Assembly (NCBI GenBank): GCA_963731265.1
Contig: CAVSUE010000002.1
Span: forward strand, 64,001-128,000
Length of the DNA: 64,000 nt
Source of the DNA: an uncultured Verrucomicrobiae bacterium
GTDB lineage: Bacteria > Chlamydiota > Chlamydiia > Chlamydiales > Rhabdochlamydiaceae
Reading direction: 5' to 3'
The position numbers and the translations under genes were made by a program. How positions within the stretch are numbered: position 1 is the first letter of the stretch; each line of letters starts with the position of its first letter. Under the pieces are notes generated by a model. The model was given only the letters and a program-made list of their open reading frames with translations. It was not told the DNA's origin and did no database searches. Shown one piece after another: positions 57,889 through 64,000 of this stretch.

Positions 57889-59577
57889 CTATAAATCATC
57901 ATAGCCGCGTGTCACACGGAGGACTTCGCTCGAAGCAGTGAGTCCTTGGATCGCCAATAAGGCTCCTTCTTGGCGCAAGCCGGTCATCCCGCCAGCAATA
58001 GCAACTTTCTGTAACTCGAGAGCGTCGGGGCTCACTAACAGCCGCCGTTTTATCGCTGAAGTCACCGGCATTAATTCGTAGATACCATGGCGCCCTTTGA
58101 ATCCGGAACCGAAGCAATGGGAACATCCCTGACCTTTGAATAATTTCCCATCCGCGAGCATATCATAGGTGATTCCTAGCTCTTTTAACTCTTGTTCAGA
58201 AGGGGTATAGCCAATGCGGCAAAGGGGACAAATGAGCCGCACGAGGCGCTGTGCCAGTACGCCGACAACGGAAGATGTCAAGAGGTAGGGCTCGATCCCC
58301 ATGTCGACAAGCCGGGTGAGCGCGGAAGGGGCGTCGTTGGTATGCAGAGTACTCAATACGAGGTGCCCTGTCAAAGAGGCCTGAATGGCGATTTCGGCAG
58401 TTTCTTTATCTCGGATCTCCCCGATCATGATCACATCAGGATCTTGCCGGAGAATATGACGCAAACCGGTGGCAAAGGTGAGGTGAATTTTTGGGTTCAC
58501 GCCGATTTGTGCCATTCCCTGCAGTTTATATTCGACAGGGTCCTCAATGGTCATGATGTTCATTTCTGAATTGTTGATTTCGGACAAGGCGCTGTAAAGC
58601 GTTGTGGTCTTGCCACTTCCGGTAGGGCCGGTAACGAGAACTATTCCTTCGCTCAAATTGATCAATTTCGTCAGAGGTGATAAGGTAGTCACCCGCATGC
58701 CGATGTTATTCAAACCCAATAAGACGTTTCCTTTGTCGAGGATCCGCAAAACAATCCTTTCTCCAAAAACAACGGGGACCGTGCTCACGCGGAAATCGAT
58801 TTGCCGGCCTCCCATGTTAAGCTTGATTCGCCCATCTTGAGGCAAGCGGTGCTCCGCAATATCAAGGCGGGCCATCACTTTGATGCGCGTGATCAGCTGA
58901 GATTGAAATTCTTTCGGAGGGGCGTGCCGTTGTTGAAGAACACCATCGATTCGATAACGGACGTCCAGTCCATTTTCCATTGGCTCGAAATGGATATCGG
59001 AGGCGCCTTGTTGAATTGCTTCTGCAAGCATCACGTTGAGCATGCGGATGACAGGAGAGTCCGCATTTTTTTCCAGCAGATCGTAACCGTCGTCCTCTTT
59101 CGTCTGCGCAGATGCATTTTCCGGCTGCAAGCTGGCGATGTATTCGGAGGCTTCATTTTCTTTTTGATGATAGCACACCTCGATCGCCTCCTCGAGAGCG
59201 GCTTTAGGAGCGATGACTTCGCTGATTTCGCAATGGGTCATGCAGCGCACTTCTTCGAGCGTTTCCAGATCGAACGGATGGGCCATGGCGATCAATAAGA
59301 CACCTTCCTTTTCTTCTAGTGGCAAAAGAAGATGGCTTTTCGCAAAGGAATAGGGAAGAGGAGTGATCTTTTCTTTGACGTATGGAAATTGGGAAAGATC
59401 GTTAAAAAAAGGAATGCGAAACCTCTTGGCAATCTCTTCAGGCGTGCCCCAATTTTTTTGAGGCAATGGCTTGAACGCGGCCTCGGACGCAGAAGCTGGT
59501 TTTGTTTTTCCTTTGAGAATCTTGACCAGTTCTTCGAGCAGTTCCTTGACCTTGGAGGACGCAGCAGACTTAGACAT
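57889..59577 (-). CDS. gspE: Type II secretion ATPase
   Basis: ASDIHFEP, LPQDGR, GPTGSGKTTTLY, LRQDPDVIMIGEIRD, STLHTND, tetracysteine motif; start probably 59577. Confidence 0.97.
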   Translation of the reverse strand: MSKSAASSKVKELLEELVKILKGKTKPASASEAAFKPLPQKNWGTPEEIAKRFRIPFFNDLSQFPYVKEKITPLPYSFAKSHLLLPLEEKEGVLLIAMAHPFDLETLEEVRCMTHCEISEVIAPKAALEEAIEVCYHQKENEASEYIASLQPENASAQTKEDDGYDLLEKNADSPVIRMLNVMLAEAIQQGASDIHFEPMENGLDVRYRIDGVLQQRHAPPKEFQSQLITRIKVMARLDIAEHRLPQDGRIKLNMGGRQIDFRVSTVPVVFGERIVLRILDKGNVLLGLNNIGMRVTTLSPLTKLINLSEGIVLVTGPTGSGKTTTLYSALSEINNSEMNIMTIEDPVEYKLQGMAQIGVNPKIHLTFATGLRHILRQDPDVIMIGEIRDKETAEIAIQASLTGHLVLSTLHTNDAPSALTRLVDMGIEPYLLTSSVVGVLAQRLVRLICPLCRIGYTPSEQELKELGITYDMLADGKLFKGQGCSHCFGSGFKGRHGIYELMPVTSAIKRRLLVSPDALELQKVAIAGGMTGLRQEGALLAIQGLTASSEVLRVTRGYDDL

Positions 59578-62149
59578 TGCTATTACCGAACAAGGATTTG
59601 AAACTGTTTCTAAAGTATTTTTTTCGCTCTTTTTCCTGAGCTTCCACCACGCGCTGCAGGTATTCAGGAATATCCCCGGGCCGTTTTTTGACTTCTTCAT
59701 TGCGGACTGCGATCAGCTGCTCTTCCGGATCGAGAATGATGGTAGGAGTGATGAAGATGAACATTTCCGTATTATTGTTCGTGAGCTTCGTGGAACCAAA
59801 CAGTTTCCCCAACCCTGGGATATCGCCGAGAAAAGGGATCTTATCTTCGTTGTCCTGAGAGGATTTTCGGCGCAAGCCGCCCAGGATGACTGTTTGCCCG
59901 TCCAAAACGCGCACTTCATTTTCGATATGGCGTCGGTCGACCAGTGGGCGGTCATCCTGGTTGTGATGTTTTGTCGTGTCGAATGTGACATTCGTCTGCA
60001 TAGTGACGAACCCCTTCCCATCGCACAGTTCATCATCATAGTCTGGAAGATGCACCGTTGGAGTCACAATGATCGTAATCCCGAATTGCGCTCGGGAAAA
60101 TGATTTTTCAAAGGCTATCGTCCCCTTGCTGGTGTCTACAGGCGCCGCACCATTATTGATCGAGATCTCCTCAACGATGGAGATGGTAGCCGGCGTTTGA
60201 TTGACGGTAATAGTGGAAGGGGCTGCATTGAGCTGGACGTCTTCTTGCGACATTAGAAAGTTCAGCGCGAGGTCATAAGCGGGGAAATGCTTCGACTGCT
60301 TGCCATGGAGCAAATATTCTAGTACCCCTCGTCCAGTTGGCGCAAACTGGGATGTGAATAGGATTCCATTTTTCTTCGACCCCAGTTTCAGCATGTTCAT
60401 GCCATAGCTATTTTCATTTTTGATCCTCTTTTCAAATAGCATCACTTCGATCTGCACCATTTTTTTGGGCACATCCAGCTTGCGGAGCAGATCTTTGATT
60501 TTGGCAAGAGCGTCGCGGCGGACGACCATCAACAAATTTCCGGTCTTGGGGTCGGCAATAAAATGGTCGGACCCTTGTTCGATATCAAGAGATGCCGAGC
60601 TGCCTATCTTTAACGGCGGCGGCGCGACGACGAGCGGCGGCGTCGGAGGAAATCCGTCAGGAGGAGTTTTAAATTGGGGGCCTTGGGTGGCAAGACTGAA
60701 ATCGGTTTCTCTATTGGCCTCGCTGGAGGCCATTAAAAGAGAATTGTAGACTTTTTCCAGCACCTTGGCCAGATCGTCGGGATTGGAATGACGGCATGAG
60801 TACAAATAAACCGTCATTTCCGCAGGGTCATGCAGCTGCTCTTCCGTATCTTTGATGATTTTTTCCGCTCGACAGACAACCTCTTCCTGACCAATCAGAA
60901 TCAGCGCGTTTCCTTGGCCCAGGGAAAAGATGTTCAATCCTTCCTGTTCCGGTTTTCCAAACGGGGGTCGATTTTTTTCCATCGCTTCCCCAAAGAAGGA
61001 TTGTAGGATCTTTTCCATCTCTTTGGCAGCCATTTTGTTGATGGTGATGACGCGGGACATCTTCCCTTGGGCGTTTTCCCAAACCGTGTGATACAGATCC
61101 AGAAGTTTGACCACTTCTTCTTTGTTGGCAACAATCGCAATTTTCGGGCCGATTTGATAGATGAACGTCTGTTTGGCATCGGCAAATTTTTCAAAAAATT
61201 GAAAAGAACTCCTAATTTGCTCAACAGGCGGGTTAAAAACATAAAACATACGCGTATGGTCGGGTATCCATTGCAGCTGTAAAGGAGAAGACGCCATCGC
61301 CTGAATTGCTGACGGATCTTGTTTTAAGATGTAAAGCTGCCTCACATAATTATTGATTTTCTTTACACCGATTCCATTGTGGGAGAGGATGATCTCGAGC
61401 ATCTCGCTCCAAGATTCGCGCGGGATGGGGATATTGGAGTGCATATTTAATTTTAATGCAGCCATCTCGGGAGGGACAATAAAGAGATAATCGAGGGCTC
61501 CGTATTCCATCACAAGCTGGGCCAACGTTGTTTCTTCCTGGTCCCACAACGCATACCCTTCTTCATCTCTCTTCGCTTCATCGATAGCCGCATCGCGCCA
61601 TCGGATTTCTAAAGAATGGATCTGCTCTTTTACAAAATTGACTTGATGGAGAACGCTTTGAAACTCTTCCTCGGCTGAACCACCTTTCGCATAGAGTTCC
61701 CCCGCCTGCCGGTAATAAGTGATGAGCTCTAAGCGAAGAGCTGCCAACTGCTGATTGATCTCCCTAAGCATGATCTCAAAATTTCCAGCGTTTTCGGGAG
61801 ATTTTGTCCCATTCGCTATTTTTTCAGCGATGGTTTGAGAAAAGATGGCAGTAGGCACAAAACATAGTACAGAAGCGATTAGTATATATACCGAAACTGA
61901 ATCAAAAATTGGTTTTTGGCTGCGTTGGCTATGCAGCAACCTTTTTTTCTTCAACTCAACCAGTTCGCGCTCTGCATTGCGCTTCACCGGGAGATCAGAC
62001 GGGAGCCATGCAGTTGGCTCGCTTTTCGGAAAACATGCCGAGACTGAATCTCGAGCCTTGTGCTTGCACAAGAATCGCTCGCCCCAGACAAAAAATTTGC
62101 GCATCCGCCTGGCCAAATTCCCCATTTTTGGTTCCGTTTTGGTATTCAT
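59570..62149 (-). CDS. gspD: Type II secretion secretin with an 86-codon repeat-derived N-terminal insertion
   Basis: LDVPKKMVQIEV, DGQTVILGGL, KIPFLGDIPGLGKLF, FIFITPTI; the ATG overlaps the upstream stop (ATGA). Confidence 0.93.
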   Translation of the reverse strand: MNTKTEPKMGNLARRMRKFFVWGERFLCKHKARDSVSACFPKSEPTAWLPSDLPVKRNAERELVELKKKRLLHSQRSQKPIFDSVSVYILIASVLCFVPTAIFSQTIAEKIANGTKSPENAGNFEIMLREINQQLAALRLELITYYRQAGELYAKGGSAEEEFQSVLHQVNFVKEQIHSLEIRWRDAAIDEAKRDEEGYALWDQEETTLAQLVMEYGALDYLFIVPPEMAALKLNMHSNIPIPRESWSEMLEIILSHNGIGVKKINNYVRQLYILKQDPSAIQAMASSPLQLQWIPDHTRMFYVFNPPVEQIRSSFQFFEKFADAKQTFIYQIGPKIAIVANKEEVVKLLDLYHTVWENAQGKMSRVITINKMAAKEMEKILQSFFGEAMEKNRPPFGKPEQEGLNIFSLGQGNALILIGQEEVVCRAEKIIKDTEEQLHDPAEMTVYLYSCRHSNPDDLAKVLEKVYNSLLMASSEANRETDFSLATQGPQFKTPPDGFPPTPPLVVAPPPLKIGSSASLDIEQGSDHFIADPKTGNLLMVVRRDALAKIKDLLRKLDVPKKMVQIEVMLFEKRIKNENSYGMNMLKLGSKKNGILFTSQFAPTGRGVLEYLLHGKQSKHFPAYDLALNFLMSQEDVQLNAAPSTITVNQTPATISIVEEISINNGAAPVDTSKGTIAFEKSFSRAQFGITIIVTPTVHLPDYDDELCDGKGFVTMQTNVTFDTTKHHNQDDRPLVDRRHIENEVRVLDGQTVILGGLRRKSSQDNEDKIPFLGDIPGLGKLFGSTKLTNNNTEMFIFITPTIILDPEEQLIAVRNEEVKKRPGDIPEYLQRVVEAQEKERKKYFRNSFKSLFGNSNV
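61888..62145. mobile_element. 258-bp MITE-like element inserted in frame in gspD
   Basis: Terminal inverted repeats ATACCGAAACTGAATCAAAAAT / ATTTTTGGTTCCGTTTTGGTAT; length divisible by 3; no stops on the gspD frame. Confidence 0.8.
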
Positions 62150-63441
62150 GCCGCCCTCCGTTCCGAATTGGAGAAAATAGGCTTTCTCTTGCGCGCACCT
62201 TTGCCCTGCCCTTTTTCAACCTCGATAGGCAAGCTCACTGGATTCATGACTGTTCTCGTTTCGTCGAACAAATGTCCTTTGACAACGGTACGGCCCTGTT
62301 CTTTTTCTACTCCGTCAAAAATAAAAAGCTCTCCTTTCAACCGATGATGCAGATATTGTTCAATTTCTTCGCCGCGGCGTAAATTCCTCCAACCCGATGC
62401 CGTTTTGAGCAGCCAATCCCCTTGTTTGAGGACAACCCGCCTTTTTCCAAAAGAGCAGCTGACCTGACTGCTGCTTCGCAACCGGAAGGAGGAAGGCATC
62501 ATCTCCGGCTTTACTTGCATACGACCCTGGTTTTCTATCTCGATCTTAACCTGGGCAGGGGAAAACCCGGTTTCATCCCATATTTCGAGCTCTACAGTAT
62601 TGCCCGAGATCGATTTGACATGGGCAATAGGATGCTCCCGCTTTAACTCCTCAAAAGGGCAAACATGCCATTCTCCATTCTCATAATGCAGGTAATCGGA
62701 AACAGAAATAAAACAGGCATAAGTCGAACCTTCCGCAATTTCCAAAATAGCTTTATTCCGCCAAACTTCATATTCTCTTCCGCCGTATTTCTGGATCAAT
62801 AGGTCGTGCGGAAAAACTCGAGCTGACTTTAACGCCTTTGCAAACGGCTGGCCGGCGGAATGATACCGGGAAGGAGTGGCTCCCTGTTCCGAGATGACAA
62901 ACTGCCCCTTTTCTTCTCCCGCCAAGCCTTCTTTAGAGACGAGCTTTCGGCCCGCCTCGACGAGAACAGCACCATTTTCAAGCAAGATCGGCTTTACCCA
63001 GAGAGAAGTTACCTCTTCCGAAGAATGCAGCCCTTTCCCTTGCTCGCTCTCCTTCAAAAAGATCGCACGTCCATTCGCGACGCTGAACTGTTCTTTCCCA
63101 TTTTTTAATGAGATTAAAATTTTTGCTTCCTTGGAGTCGACGTCGGGGCGGCTGTTGTAAGCCATCAAGATCAGTTCATCTGCAAGGCGCGAGATCCAGC
63201 CCAAAGCATGGCGAGGGTGCAAGGCCAGCCCTCCAGATCCAATGGATTCGTAAGGGAAAAAAGAACGGCCTAATTTTTGGGAGCTGCTTCCAGAAATCAT
63301 CGTTTCTTGGCCTTTAAACGGGTAAAAAAAGAAAAAAAGGGGGAGGGCTACACTCAAAACAATCAAAAAAATTGCCGCACAATAGACAGACTGCTTGAGG
63401 TACCGGTCCATCTGTATGGATGTAGGAGGAAATATCAACAT
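62146..63441 (-). CDS. Membrane-anchored hypothetical protein upstream of gspD
   Basis: Likely start 63441 (GAGG upstream) or 63411; one N-terminal TM; the ORF-track extension to 63630 runs into repeat sequence. Confidence 0.8.
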   Translation of the reverse strand: MLIFPPTSIQMDRYLKQSVYCAAIFLIVLSVALPLFFFFYPFKGQETMISGSSSQKLGRSFFPYESIGSGGLALHPRHALGWISRLADELILMAYNSRPDVDSKEAKILISLKNGKEQFSVANGRAIFLKESEQGKGLHSSEEVTSLWVKPILLENGAVLVEAGRKLVSKEGLAGEEKGQFVISEQGATPSRYHSAGQPFAKALKSARVFPHDLLIQKYGGREYEVWRNKAILEIAEGSTYACFISVSDYLHYENGEWHVCPFEELKREHPIAHVKSISGNTVELEIWDETGFSPAQVKIEIENQGRMQVKPEMMPSSFRLRSSSQVSCSFGKRRVVLKQGDWLLKTASGWRNLRRGEEIEQYLHHRLKGELFIFDGVEKEQGRTVVKGHLFDETRTVMNPVSLPIEVEKGQGKGARKRKPIFSNSERRAA

Positions 63442-63596
63442 GCCTAAGACCTCATTGTCCAGAGAGAAGGAGTTTAGGGCATTTTTAAAAAAAACGAAAG
63501 GTGAATTATAGGAGAGGGGCGGGTAAGCCCGCCCAGAGGGCACGAGGTGTAGCGCGATGCAGCACGCGAACTGGTCGTATACTGAGTGCAAATATG

Positions 63597-63686
63597 AAGT
63601 TGGGGCCGAGTTTCGTACTCGGCCCCACATTGTTTTTGAAAATACCCGGCGCTTAAGGGCCGGGTTTCCGCCAGAGGACGGATGAA
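63597..63686 (+). repeat. Palindromic repeat family A, copy 6 (5'-truncated, diverged)
   Basis: AAGTTGGGGCCGAGTTTCGTACTCGGCCCC...CCCGGCGCTTAAGGGCCGGG...GAGGACGGATGAA. Confidence 0.92.
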
Positions 63687-63795
63687 AATGCCGACTAAGC
63701 CATTGGGCTACTTCTGAATCACGTTCTGTGTTAATCGGCTTGCAAAAAATAAAAAATAAGATTTAAATCACAATTAAGAATCGAGTTGAGGTTTT

Positions 63796-64000
63796 ATGGA
63801 CGATGACAAATCGAAAGAAGGATTATCTGTGAAAGAAATTGAAGCTTTTGCTAAAAAACACCGTTTTGAAGTGTTTTTCTGCCTAGCATTCGTTTTAGCG
63901 TGCTTTTTTACATTTGTCCTTTGGGGACCAGGCTGGTCGATCATCGCCGCTTCGATTGGAGCGATCCTGGGCATCCTGCTCGAGGGAAAAGTGACCCACA
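63796..64000 (+). CDS. Membrane protein, partial (runs off the window end)
   Basis: Hand-translated MDDDKSKEGLSVKEIEAFAKKHRFEVFFCLAFVLACFFTFVLWGPGWSII...; GAGG RBS. Confidence 0.75.
   Translation, partial: MDDDKSKEGLSVKEIEAFAKKHRFEVFFCLAFVLACFFTFVLWGPGWSIIAASIGAILGILLEGKVTH

Noticed and set aside
59578..59700. gspE start at 59700
   Set aside because: It would overlap gspD by about 130 bp; ATG 59577 gives a typical short overlap
63442..63630. N-terminal extension of the 62146-63630 ORF
   Set aside because: It starts inside a family A copy; a better start with an RBS lies at 63441

Overview
Bacterial chromosomal DNA from an environmental member of the Chlamydiae. This is inferred from chlamydia-type gene order: dnaB...mnmG...lplA; sdhBAC-tatD; tolQ-tolR-tolA-tolB-pal-LysM; and a gspD/E/F-pseudopilin type II secretion cluster. 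The housekeeping backbone is interrupted by solitary effector-like genes: a plant PI4K-gamma-like kinase, an F-box/WD40 protein, a WNK-like kinase, two Tiki/EreA-like proteins and coiled-coil proteins. There is also one tRNA-Ser(GCT), a class D beta-lactamase homolog and a small basic ribosomal-type protein missed by the ORF track. The most striking unexplained structure is a dense set of about 16 short palindromic, MITE-like elements with no transposase in the window. Family A (about 111 bp, 6 copies) sits on RTGAA stop/start junctions and rebuilds an RBS and ATG for the downstream gene. Family B hairpins share a core but carry different termini and target duplications. A 258-bp inverted-repeat element is inserted in frame just after the start codon of the secretin gspD. 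All product calls come from motif recognition by eye; no database searches were run.
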